The position numbers and the translations under genes are program-made. This document shows, piece by piece, positions 9,712-19,382 of a stretch of 64,000 nucleotides of DNA. The DNA is from a virus (Duplodnaviria; Caudoviricetes): positions 1 to 64,000 of the IMG/VR virus record IMGVR_UViG_3300016725_000002; one strand, written 5' to 3'. The first letter of the stretch is position 1, and the number at the start of each line of letters is the position of its first letter. The notes under the pieces were generated by a model. That model was not told the origin of the DNA and searched no databases. It worked only from the letters and a program-made list of their open reading frames with translations.

Positions 9712-10002
9712 TTATTCACCATCAGATTTAAAGAAATTATATATTCCTGTACAGACTTTACCAACAGTAGGAGCAATTAAATTTATAGTATCAATAATAG
9801 AAGATATTTTGCTATCATTTTTTGCTTTCACTGCTTCCTTTAATTCATCAATTGCAGCTAAAACTTGCTTATTATCTGTTAACCCTTTTACTTTATCAAG
9901 GTCATTAAGAGTTTTATTAATTACATTATTATCATTGTAAGATATTTTAGATTCTATATTTGTATCTCTACCCGAAGAAATACTTCCTATATGAGTTGTC
10001 AT
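9712..10002 (-). CDS. small helical protein with N-terminal amyloid-like motif (lysis cassette)
   Basis: GAAGGAG RBS; N-terminal THIGSISSGRDTNI; amphipathic C-terminal helices; stop abuts the spanin ATG. Confidence 0.75.
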   Translation of the reverse strand: MTTHIGSISSGRDTNIESKISYNDNNVINKTLNDLDKVKGLTDNKQVLAAIDELKEAVKAKNDSKISSIIDTINLIAPTVGKVCTGIYNFFKSDGE

Positions 10003-10016
10003 GGTTTGGCTCCTTC

Positions 10017-10511
10017 TTATTTTATATTTGTATCTTTATCAGATTTAACACTACCAACAACAGTAATATTATTAGGATTATTATATTTTATATCTTTTAA
10101 TGACGATAAAATTTCATTAATCGCAGCGATATTTTCATTATCTGAAGAGTTCATACATATTAGAGTTGTGCAAAGTCTTTCAAGTACATGAGAAATAACT
10201 TTTAAACTGTTTGTAGTATCAGCGACTACAGGATCAAGTCCAAATAATTTTAATTTTATTTCAGAACATAATTGATAGATATTAGCAACTACCTTTACAA
10301 ATTTTTCCTGTTTCTCAATTAATTGTTTTTGGTAGGTTATTTTTTCTTGTTCAAGACGAATTTTTTCTTGTTCAAGTTGACACCTATTATTTTCAATACG
10401 AATTTTCTTTTCTTGAGCCGCTAATAATCGTGCAATCATTTCCTGAGTACCTTGCAGTGATTCAGGAAATGAAACAGACTCCATATCTTTATCTTCGTCT
10501 TGGTTACTCAT
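10017..10511 (-). CDS. coiled-coil protein with C-terminal amyloid-like motif
   Basis: LEQEKI repeats; ends NITVVGSVKSDKDTNIK. ATG 10511 (GGAAGG RBS) preferred over TTG 10523. Confidence 0.75.
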   Translation of the reverse strand: MSNQDEDKDMESVSFPESLQGTQEMIARLLAAQEKKIRIENNRCQLEQEKIRLEQEKITYQKQLIEKQEKFVKVVANIYQLCSEIKLKLFGLDPVVADTTNSLKVISHVLERLCTTLICMNSSDNENIAAINEILSSLKDIKYNNPNNITVVGSVKSDKDTNIK

Positions 10512-10541
10512 ACTACCTTCCAACGCAAAAGATAGGCCCCT

Positions 10542-11567
10542 TTATTTTGAAGCTACTTTCATTTGCTTTAATTGTTTAAAATTTCGTATTTCTCTATCAT
10601 ATAATTGTTGAGATGCTTGATTTTCTATTTCCATAAATTTTAATAATGCCGTATGCATTTCTTTTACTTCCTTACGGGTTTGTTCTGATTGTTCTAAATT
10701 TAAATGAATAGTTAATATGAAGTTAACAATATTTGAAATAAGCTGAATTATATTTTTATCTACAGTTTTGATTAAATCCGGATTATAAATACTAAAACTT
10801 ATTATTCCATATACATCATTTTTATAAAATATTGGGGCTATTATTTTAGCAACAACATTAGTTGTTACCCATCTATTTTTTAATACTGGATTCTTAATAT
10901 TATCTTGATATAAAATATAATAAGGATAATCTACAATATATGGTTTGTATTCATCATATGAAATAATTGCACCAACATCCTGGGGATAATCTACATTCTC
11001 TTTCCAAAGGGAAGTTAATTTTAATTCGGTATCAGATATTTTCCTATAAAAGCATGCGCAGTTAGAATGTAGAACTTTAGCTGTAAATTTTAGAACTGTT
11101 TCAATATCAATTGATAATGTAGTTTTGGACATGTAACTATCAAATATTTGAATTAAACTAGTTAACCTTTGTTCAGATGATTCACCTTCATTATTTAATT
11201 TAGGTGAACCTATACAGTACCAATTTCCATCATTGTTTAAAAATATGGCACATTCTAAATATCTAGTTTTTGCATTATTCAAATATAATTTGGGAATATA
11301 TTTATATTGTTTTATTTTAAATAAATCTAGTGTTTTATTATGCAATACTATATTTTTAAGCACTGCTTCTTTTAGAAAATCTTTAGCTAATTTGTTTTTA
11401 TATAATATTTTCATATTAGAGTTAAATGTAAAAATAATAAAAGGAAATGAATCTAATAAAGATTTCTGTAAATTAATATATTTAAAGGAGTTTTTGGTTT
11501 TGACTGAAACAATTAAGATTGAAACTAATAGTAGTAAAAATAATATACGAATGTCTGATATAATCAT
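10542..11567 (-). CDS. membrane-anchored PAS + GAF sensor-like protein with no output domain
   Basis: N-terminal TM; LLDSFPFIIFTFN...ILYKNKLA is PAS-like; IETVL...IIAPIFYKNDVYGIISF...IIQLISNIV is GAF-like; C-terminal coiled coil. Confidence 0.65.
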   Translation of the reverse strand: MIISDIRILFLLLLVSILIVSVKTKNSFKYINLQKSLLDSFPFIIFTFNSNMKILYKNKLAKDFLKEAVLKNIVLHNKTLDLFKIKQYKYIPKLYLNNAKTRYLECAIFLNNDGNWYCIGSPKLNNEGESSEQRLTSLIQIFDSYMSKTTLSIDIETVLKFTAKVLHSNCACFYRKISDTELKLTSLWKENVDYPQDVGAIISYDEYKPYIVDYPYYILYQDNIKNPVLKNRWVTTNVVAKIIAPIFYKNDVYGIISFSIYNPDLIKTVDKNIIQLISNIVNFILTIHLNLEQSEQTRKEVKEMHTALLKFMEIENQASQQLYDREIRNFKQLKQMKVASK

Positions 11568-11579
11568 AAAACTCTCCTG

Positions 11580-12329
11580 CTATGAAGCGCACACCAATGT
11601 ACCTTTGGCATCTCTGTTAGAAACAACTTGAGTTGAGATATCAATTGTACTGGTGTTCACAGCTATAACTTTAACCAAGCGGCCTAGTTCCAAGTTTGTG
11701 ATGGCCGGGATTACTATACCTGTTGAGAGTAATGTCTTGTCTGTTAAAGATTGAAGTTTTTCTGCTAATGCTGCTATTAATGCTAAAATATATGGATGTG
11801 ATGTTGGATCTAAATTATGAGTTTCAATTGCATCAGCTAACTTCTTAGCCCAACTTGGATGGGCATTAGGATCATTATTATGGTCAAATATTTCTTGAGC
11901 CTGTGTATATTTAAATACAAGTAAATCAACCATATCAAGATTCTGAACAGCAATTTGCAGCCTTAATTTAACTGTACCAGAGGGATCATATATTGCATCA
12001 CCTTTTGATTGACCAATAGCCAATAAAAAGGGTTTGTTATTTTCATCTAAAGCTGTAATATAAACTTCTCGTATATAATTTGGATCTACAGTAGCATTAG
12101 GAGGGATAGTACATAAAAATTCAATTGTGTGAACATCAATAACAATTCTTCCGCTTATTTCAGCAGAAAACCAAGTATTATTCATAGAATCATAAGTTCT
12201 AGTAGCTAATAAATCACCAATAGTATCACTTACTGCAAAACCTGTAGGATAAATGTGCCAGCCACCATTAGAAGCAGCTTCAATGCATTTCATTAATCCT
12301 TCATTGGTTATTAAACCAGCAATTGCCAT
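11580..12329 (-). CDS. tail fibre/baseplate-attachment protein (DUF3751-like N-terminus)
   Basis: ITNEGL...IREVYI...LLAIG N-terminus and HNxDPxAHP repeats typical of fibre-proximal domains. Confidence 0.65.
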   Translation of the reverse strand: MAIAGLITNEGLMKCIEAASNGGWHIYPTGFAVSDTIGDLLATRTYDSMNNTWFSAEISGRIVIDVHTIEFLCTIPPNATVDPNYIREVYITALDENNKPFLLAIGQSKGDAIYDPSGTVKLRLQIAVQNLDMVDLLVFKYTQAQEIFDHNNDPNAHPSWAKKLADAIETHNLDPTSHPYILALIAALAEKLQSLTDKTLLSTGIVIPAITNLELGRLVKVIAVNTSTIDISTQVVSNRDAKGTLVCAS

Positions 12330-12343
12330 ATGTATCTCCTTGC

Positions 12344-13111
12344 TTAACTAAGCAGTAATTTTGGTGCAGAATCAATTACTAAATAATTAGCACCATCATT
12401 TATTAATTTAAATGTACATCCTGGTGCTAAGGATAAGTTAGATATATCATTTAATAATGTCATTTCACCCCTAACATTTATCATTTTATCACCATTATTA
12501 TAAATCTCACAGTTCCATCCTTCTTTTTCCATGTTTGGAACCGTGATGGTTATTTCGTTTGTACATGAAATAACATTATTTAACATATCTATTGTTAATC
12601 TAAAATCAGAGGTTTTATATTGAAGTTTTGTATAAAAAACACACAATGATGGATCTATAGCCGTAAAAGTTAATTCTAAATTAGAGCTACCATCCCAAGG
12701 GTCAGATTCAGTAACACAACCTGTAGATTTAACTTTAATTGCAGTTTTTAATTTACCTGTTGTATCTGAGTAAGAAATACTACCATCAATGTTTAAGTTC
12801 TTTGCAGAACATATAAGTAAATATCCAGTATTCACATCATTTAATTTTGTGTCATCTTGTACAAAATAAACTAAATTTTGATTAACTACAACTATATCAC
12901 CATTTTGAACATCCTGAATTGTAAGTGCAACTTGTTCTTCTGCACTAGCCACATGCTTAACTGTGCATGTAGTAAAATCAGGCATACGGTCTTTTGTAAA
13001 TTTACCGCTAGTAATATTAGATGCATCTAAATCAGGTATAATACTTAATGATAGCTTATCTCCAAAGCCGTTATTAACAAATAGTTTTCTAAGTAGTTTT
13101 GGTAATGCCAT
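12344..13111 (-). CDS. tail fibre-related protein
   Basis: IPDLDASNITSGKF..DRMP fibre repeat; tail gene context. Confidence 0.6.
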   Translation of the reverse strand: MALPKLLRKLFVNNGFGDKLSLSIIPDLDASNITSGKFTKDRMPDFTTCTVKHVASAEEQVALTIQDVQNGDIVVVNQNLVYFVQDDTKLNDVNTGYLLICSAKNLNIDGSISYSDTTGKLKTAIKVKSTGCVTESDPWDGSSNLELTFTAIDPSLCVFYTKLQYKTSDFRLTIDMLNNVISCTNEITITVPNMEKEGWNCEIYNNGDKMINVRGEMTLLNDISNLSLAPGCTFKLINDGANYLVIDSAPKLLLS

Positions 13112-13120
13112 ATGCTTCCT

Positions 13121-14362
13121 TTAAATAAGAAGTTCTATATCAAAAGTATTAGGTATTGTATCTTTAAAATATATTATATTTGAATAATATCCATCTGCAA
13201 CTGATGGATCTTCAGTATATGTTTCAGAGTTACAAAGAACCCCATTTATATATACTTTTAACATTCCGCTACCTTTTTTATATTTAGGACAGAGAACTGC
13301 TGAATCAGCAACAACTCCATCTAATTTCATTCTTGTAAATGATAAAGTTAATTGAGCCCAAGCCAAACTTGATTGTGGCTGTTGTACTACAGAATTAGGC
13401 CCATTTGCCTGTTTAGCCATATAAACATTACCATCATAGATGACTAATTGGTTAGTAACATAGTCATCGAATATATTATAAACTGGTATACTTCCGTTGA
13501 AATAGCTTGAATATGTCAAGTTAGCTTTATTCATACCTATATAACTAATAGTATTTAGCCTTCCACCTAGATTTACTTTCCAAGTTTTATCCGTTGAAAA
13601 ATAAATCAACTCAACTTTTGCACCAGACATATTTATTAGAAAGCTATTTGAGGTATTATCAATGGGATAATAACTAGAAATAGATATTTTATTAATATCT
13701 GCATAACCAGAACCATCAAAAATAGTAATTTTATCACCATTAGATAAATACATTTTAGGTAATGTTATATTAATTTGTTTAGCTACTGTATTGCAGAATA
13801 TTATATCAGCTACGGCTGCTTCATAATCATCTGCTATATTAACAATATTACCTTTAGTATTATTGATTAATTCTATTAAATATGGGTGAGCCGCAATACT
13901 TGCATCATGCTGAGCTATATCTTTAGCTGCTGAATTAGTGTATTTAAATGTAGATAGAATATCAAAACTAGCAATATTAACAATTAACTTTATACTAATC
14001 CTATTACCCGTAATATAAGTAATACCAGAAGTTTGACCTAAACATAATAAAAATTCTTTATTATCTTTATCAAGTGCAAATAAATAAATTTCTTTAATAA
14101 CTACGTCTGCATTATATGCATCTTCAGTTAAATCACAATAAAAAGCTAAAGTATTAGCATCAATTTTTTCAACAACTGAAATACCACCTTGAAACCACAT
14201 TGGATTTGCACTAGTTCTTGAAGATGAAAAAATTCCAGCTACGTTTGAAACACCAAAGGTAGTAGGTTGAATATAAAAGCCAGTATTATTAGCTGCCTCC
14301 TGGCTTTTTTCTAAACCTATACTAGTTAAGGTACATTGAATTGTACTTGATACGTCTGACAT
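13121..14362 (-). CDS. tail fibre protein (DUF3751-like N-terminus)
   Basis: N-terminus paralogous to 11580..12329 (PTxFxVS, IKEIYLFALD, HD..IAAHP); ITLP...GDKITIFDGSG fibre module. Confidence 0.65.
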   Translation of the reverse strand: MSDVSSTIQCTLTSIGLEKSQEAANNTGFYIQPTTFGVSNVAGIFSSSRTSANPMWFQGGISVVEKIDANTLAFYCDLTEDAYNADVVIKEIYLFALDKDNKEFLLCLGQTSGITYITGNRISIKLIVNIASFDILSTFKYTNSAAKDIAQHDASIAAHPYLIELINNTKGNIVNIADDYEAAVADIIFCNTVAKQINITLPKMYLSNGDKITIFDGSGYADINKISISSYYPIDNTSNSFLINMSGAKVELIYFSTDKTWKVNLGGRLNTISYIGMNKANLTYSSYFNGSIPVYNIFDDYVTNQLVIYDGNVYMAKQANGPNSVVQQPQSSLAWAQLTLSFTRMKLDGVVADSAVLCPKYKKGSGMLKVYINGVLCNSETYTEDPSVADGYYSNIIYFKDTIPNTFDIELLI

Positions 14363-14370
14363 GCTTCCTC

Positions 14371-15582
14371 CTAAATAGATTTAGATGTTTTAGCTGTTAA
14401 ATATGTTGTAGCAGTACCAAAAGATCTACTAATATTTGTAATAGTTGTATCCATAGAACAAGATAATTCAATATCAATAAAACCACCAAAAACATAAAAT
14501 TGCATATAATTATCTATCACCATTTCAGAAGGTAATTCAATATCAATAAAACCCGCAGAACTTGCAAGTACAGGAGCAATTGAAACTTCAGCAGGTAATT
14601 CAATATCAATAAAACCACCTAAAATAATTGCAAGTTGTGCAATATTCATCTTATATGTTATTTCAAAATTTTCAATGACAGGATATACGTAATTACGAAT
14701 AAAGTTCTTTAAATTAGTCATCATATTTAATGCTACTTTATCTATATCTACTTCAATCGCCAAATCAAAAGTATGAGGTGTACCTTGAGGTGCTTTTTCC
14801 CACCATTCAACCATGTTATATTTTATACCTATCATATTAAATACCACTTCTAAGCCAGATAAAGATCCTTTCAAATCATTAATTACACTGATATATTTTA
14901 CTAAGGTTTCTAATTCATGGCGAGTTAATGATAAAACATCTGCTACATATTTAAACCCTTCTTCCGCAACAATTTCTTTTAAAGATTTTGTTCGTACTTT
15001 TGTTATATCTTTATATTTTTGTACAAAGTCATCAAAATAAATTTTTTCATGAAGAATTAAATAATCCATCATTAATACAAATTCATAAAAGGTTTCTTCT
15101 TTTAATCTTTCAGCAGGTAAATAATAACCAATACTTAGATAACATTCCCAAGTAACTGTATTATCAATTTGATATGCACCCGCAACTTTAGGCCAATCAT
15201 AATCAAGTAAAATACTAGTTAACTGAAATACATATTGTACATCATCAATAGTAACATATGTTCCATCTTCATTAAATACATATGATCCAACTGTATATAT
15301 TGTAGAGGATTGCCATTTTCGTATATTTGTAGAAGTAACTTCATCAAGTTTAACTGCATTCCAAACTAAAACATTATCATAACAATTTCCAGTTATTGCC
15401 CAAGTAGGTTCAATTGTACCAGATTTACCAGAGGTAGAACTCTGACTTCTACCACTGACAACACATTTATAAAAATAACCAGGACGTTTATCTTTTAAAT
15501 ATACATAATCACCTACTTCATAAATAGTATCACTAGCCCATTGTCCTTTATATGATATGAGTTCATCTAATGAATCAGCCAT
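14371..15582 (-). CDS. baseplate wedge protein (P2 gpI/T4 gp7-like) with N-terminal Trp-rich repeats
   Basis: LKGSLSGLEVVF...VEWWEK..PHTFDL resembles tail protein I; W..xT.Y.VG repeats. Confidence 0.65.
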   Translation of the reverse strand: MADSLDELISYKGQWASDTIYEVGDYVYLKDKRPGYFYKCVVSGRSQSSTSGKSGTIEPTWAITGNCYDNVLVWNAVKLDEVTSTNIRKWQSSTIYTVGSYVFNEDGTYVTIDDVQYVFQLTSILLDYDWPKVAGAYQIDNTVTWECYLSIGYYLPAERLKEETFYEFVLMMDYLILHEKIYFDDFVQKYKDITKVRTKSLKEIVAEEGFKYVADVLSLTRHELETLVKYISVINDLKGSLSGLEVVFNMIGIKYNMVEWWEKAPQGTPHTFDLAIEVDIDKVALNMMTNLKNFIRNYVYPVIENFEITYKMNIAQLAIILGGFIDIELPAEVSIAPVLASSAGFIDIELPSEMVIDNYMQFYVFGGFIDIELSCSMDTTITNISRSFGTATTYLTAKTSKSI

Positions 15583-16489
15583 TTACTATACCTGCAAAAC
15601 TGAAATAGTTTACTCCATCACAAATTAATAATACTGTATCTAAGTTAGAAGAAAGAACTGTTGTAGTTTCATCATCAATTAAACTAGTTCCATTAGATGT
15701 AGTAATAGAAACTACCTCTGTATCTGAAACAAAGTTTCGTCTAATATAGACAGAGAAACCTTTAACTATAGGTAAGGTAATAATTACAGGCGCAGTTACT
15801 AAAAGAAAATCATTATCCATTATATTTAATGCATCTGATTGAGTAGTTATTGTTCTAAAGTTTTTAGTTACTTTACCTTCCAAAATTATATAATTAGTTC
15901 CATCAAAAACAGCATGAATACTAGAATACGGTAAAATTATGATACTAGATTTACCATCAAAAGTAACTGTATTATCTATACAATTAAGAGTGCTTACATC
16001 TGTACTACTATTCTTTATATAGAAATGAAAACCATTATCTACTAATTTTGGGGCTGAAATAATACAACTAGAAGTTATATTAATACATTTTCCATTATCG
16101 TGTGGTTCTATAATTGTATTAGCAGTGATAGCAGAAACGGCATTAAATGGATTAGTATCTACATTATCAATTGATATAAAACCAAGTGAAGTATTAACAA
16201 TAATAGAAGAATATTTAGGAGGTATTATACAAGAGGTATTAACTAATTTTATAGATACATCGGACATATTTTTAATATAGAAAAAGAAACCAACTGGAAC
16301 AGTTGAATCCATTGTTAATACAATATCATCAAGGATAATTAACATTGTATTTCTATGTGTCAGAGATACAGTAGTATTATCACTTATTTCATATGAAGTA
16401 ATGAAAGGAGTTTTAAAATAAGTAATAATACGCTGAAAGAAATCTAAATTTAATCTTTGTCCGGGTGTAACGGTAAGATCTGTTGCCAT
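15575..16489 (-). CDS. tail fibre-associated repeat protein
   Basis: Three GF.FYIKN...DGxNY repeats; baseplate context. Confidence 0.55.
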   Translation of the reverse strand: MATDLTVTPGQRLNLDFFQRIITYFKTPFITSYEISDNTTVSLTHRNTMLIILDDIVLTMDSTVPVGFFFYIKNMSDVSIKLVNTSCIIPPKYSSIIVNTSLGFISIDNVDTNPFNAVSAITANTIIEPHDNGKCINITSSCIISAPKLVDNGFHFYIKNSSTDVSTLNCIDNTVTFDGKSSIIILPYSSIHAVFDGTNYIILEGKVTKNFRTITTQSDALNIMDNDFLLVTAPVIITLPIVKGFSVYIRRNFVSDTEVVSITTSNGTSLIDDETTTVLSSNLDTVLLICDGVNYFSFAGIVNG

Positions 16490-16499
16490 TTAACTATCC

Positions 16500-19370
16500 T
16501 CACTTCTTAGTATATTTTTCATAATCAAAGGTATAATTAAACATATAGTATTCATTCCATCCAAGCATTACAGCAGTTTTCTTTGGATCTACACAAGTCC
16601 AATATATTCTACCATCCAGTACGCTTGAACCTACTTTGGTAGGCCACTTAGGTTCAGAATAATCAACTTTAATACATTTAGCATAAACTGTACAATTAGT
16701 TATTGTTGTAGGTAAAACGCAATAACCAACTGGATAAACAGTATCCGGTTGCCAGTATTCAGGAATAACTGTACCTAATTCATATAGAGGACGAATTTCC
16801 CATGTTAATTTTTTATCAACAAAGGTATCACCAACTTGAACATTGGCTTCATCCCATTCGGGTTCATCATAACCACTATATGATCTATCTGTCCATTGGC
16901 TATATCCATAGCCACCAGTTTCAATTCTATTTGCTACATATACATATCCATTAGCCGTAGGTGGTTGAACCACATCTTTTATTCTATATAATGTACCAGC
17001 GGCCCATGTCTTAGTTTTAGTATCACCTGTAAAGGTAACACGAGCCACAACAACATAACTTAAATCTTCTATTGCATGCTCAAAAGTTTGAGCATCTACA
17101 TATGTATTTAACACTCGCTGATAATAGTTTAAGATTGTAAATATATCAGAATTAATTGTAGTAGCATTTACAACAATATTAGTAGTTATATCAATATAGA
17201 TTGATTGCATAACAATAACTGGATCATCAATTACACAAGGAGATACGCCGTATTGACGATACTTAGTTAATGCATCTAATGTATTATTTTTTACATATTT
17301 TACTGCATCTACTTTATCATAGCATTCCCATTCTACTTCATTATCGTAAATAGAATCACATATAGCGCAAGTCCATGCGGGTTCAGTAGAACCGGATTTA
17401 CCAGCTTTAATACATTTATAAAAATATCCATTATCAACTACGGGTGTTACAAATGTACCTAAAGTAAATTCGTGATCCTGCTTCCAATATTCAGATTCAT
17501 AACCATCAAAGTAAATGGATTCAACGCAAGTCCAAATAACTGCATTATCTGTTACACTCTGACCAATTGTAGTCGGCCAACATGGTTCTGTATTACATTT
17601 TTGTACTTCAAAATATATATAAGGATTAGAGGTAATAATTATATCACCTACATAGTATTCGGTATTAGCTACCCAAGTTTGAGTTATAGCTTCATTACCT
17701 TTATACTTAGCAACCCAAACAAGTTGGTTATCAACTACCTTAGGAACCGGAGCGTATTCACCATCTGTTCCTTGAGTAAGTGTAATATCAGAAGGAACCC
17801 AAGTAGGAGTTGTTGTTCCACTCTTACCCTTCTTTCTTAAACCACCATAACCTGAAGTAGTTGCTTTATAGATATATCCATTACCAGAAGTGGGTATTAC
17901 TTCACTACCATTTTCATAATAAGTATCAGGCATCCAAACTTTATTTGTATGATCTTTAATATAGGTTAATTCTACAACAGCAGGAATGGGGTCAAATCCA
18001 TTAGTATCAACACAATTAGTCATTAACATTTGGAAGATTTTACGATAATCTTCTCTACCACGAATTACATAACGTGTTTCATTATATAATGGAGCATTTT
18101 TCTTTATTTCTTTTAGACTTTCAATATCCTGAAAAGTATTTTCAACAGAATAGCTATTAATCGTACCAACATCTAAAGCTAGGCTATCAGCAGAATAAGT
18201 CAAATCATCTAATTCAACATATGTTAATTGAAGTGTACTACCTGTATTATAATAGTATTGAGAATATTCATATGTAGCAGAACATATCCATTGTAAATTA
18301 CCATCATTAATTTTTTCATTTACAGATATAGGCCACACAGGTTCTATAGCACCACTAATATTTACACCACCAGTTATATCTTTAAAATAAAGCTGCTTTG
18401 TTAAACGTCCAATGCACTTCCATTTTAATGAAAGGCCATCAGAGGTAGTTGTATCTACTACTTCATTCCAAACAGGTTCTTTACTATTTGAAGTACCTTC
18501 TGCAATACATTCATACATTATAGGTAAGGCATCTGTAGGACTAACTTTACAAACATGCTGACCCACATAATAATGGAAAGTAGGACGCCAGTCGTAAGTA
18601 GGAAGAACATAATCTAAGAAAGTATACTTTGTATATTGATTCCATTTATTAGGTTGGTATCTATTTAAATACCTAACATCTATACCACCAAGAGGATTAG
18701 ATAATACTACAAATTTATCATTAATCAAATCATATAACACATTACTTGTAGGAACAATTGTACCATCTAATTTTAACATAATATCATTACTGATTTTATC
18801 AGAAACAAATCTAAAGTCATAAGTACGAGCATCTGTAACAGTTACACTAGTAACTTTTAATACACCTAATACTACTGTTATGGTAATTTCAGTTCCATAT
18901 TGTAAATCATAGTCATCAAGAGAAATAATATCATAGTTACCAACGGTTCCAATAATATCAAATTTATTTACTGTTACTGTAGTAGTAGGTGTAATAGTTA
19001 ATGAGAGCTTAACATTATTACCACGAAATGTACTATATCCAAGAGTTTGAGCAATACCAATTGAAGAATCTATTAAGCGAGCCTCAGATAAATATGATTC
19101 TCGTCTTGCAACGATAGAAGAATAAGAGTTAAATTCACTAAAACCCGCAGCTAATTCTATTAATGTAGAACCAATACTACCAGCATAAAAGTCTTTAAAG
19201 TTATCACTTGTATCCTTACCTAAAACATACGCTTTAGCTTCATCAAATAATGCTAGATATGAAGTTTGTTCACGGTCAAATATGTATAAATCTTCACCAG
19301 TATAGGTATCATTTCTATTTGAGGGTGAAGTATTACCTAGATTTAAACTAGTTGCTGGATATGTTGCCAT
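16500..19370 (-). CDS. baseplate wedge protein (T4 gp6/P2 gpJ-like) with inserted Trp-rich modules
   Basis: FKDFYAGSIGSTLIEL...RESYLSEAR..SS..IAQTLGY and ESLKEIKKNAP.....R....EDY gp6 motifs. Confidence 0.8.
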   Translation of the reverse strand: MATYPATSLNLGNTSPSNRNDTYTGEDLYIFDREQTSYLALFDEAKAYVLGKDTSDNFKDFYAGSIGSTLIELAAGFSEFNSYSSIVARRESYLSEARLIDSSIGIAQTLGYSTFRGNNVKLSLTITPTTTVTVNKFDIIGTVGNYDIISLDDYDLQYGTEITITVVLGVLKVTSVTVTDARTYDFRFVSDKISNDIMLKLDGTIVPTSNVLYDLINDKFVVLSNPLGGIDVRYLNRYQPNKWNQYTKYTFLDYVLPTYDWRPTFHYYVGQHVCKVSPTDALPIMYECIAEGTSNSKEPVWNEVVDTTTSDGLSLKWKCIGRLTKQLYFKDITGGVNISGAIEPVWPISVNEKINDGNLQWICSATYEYSQYYYNTGSTLQLTYVELDDLTYSADSLALDVGTINSYSVENTFQDIESLKEIKKNAPLYNETRYVIRGREDYRKIFQMLMTNCVDTNGFDPIPAVVELTYIKDHTNKVWMPDTYYENGSEVIPTSGNGYIYKATTSGYGGLRKKGKSGTTTPTWVPSDITLTQGTDGEYAPVPKVVDNQLVWVAKYKGNEAITQTWVANTEYYVGDIIITSNPYIYFEVQKCNTEPCWPTTIGQSVTDNAVIWTCVESIYFDGYESEYWKQDHEFTLGTFVTPVVDNGYFYKCIKAGKSGSTEPAWTCAICDSIYDNEVEWECYDKVDAVKYVKNNTLDALTKYRQYGVSPCVIDDPVIVMQSIYIDITTNIVVNATTINSDIFTILNYYQRVLNTYVDAQTFEHAIEDLSYVVVARVTFTGDTKTKTWAAGTLYRIKDVVQPPTANGYVYVANRIETGGYGYSQWTDRSYSGYDEPEWDEANVQVGDTFVDKKLTWEIRPLYELGTVIPEYWQPDTVYPVGYCVLPTTITNCTVYAKCIKVDYSEPKWPTKVGSSVLDGRIYWTCVDPKKTAVMLGWNEYYMFNYTFDYEKYTKK

Positions 19371-19382
19371 GCTATTTCCTCA

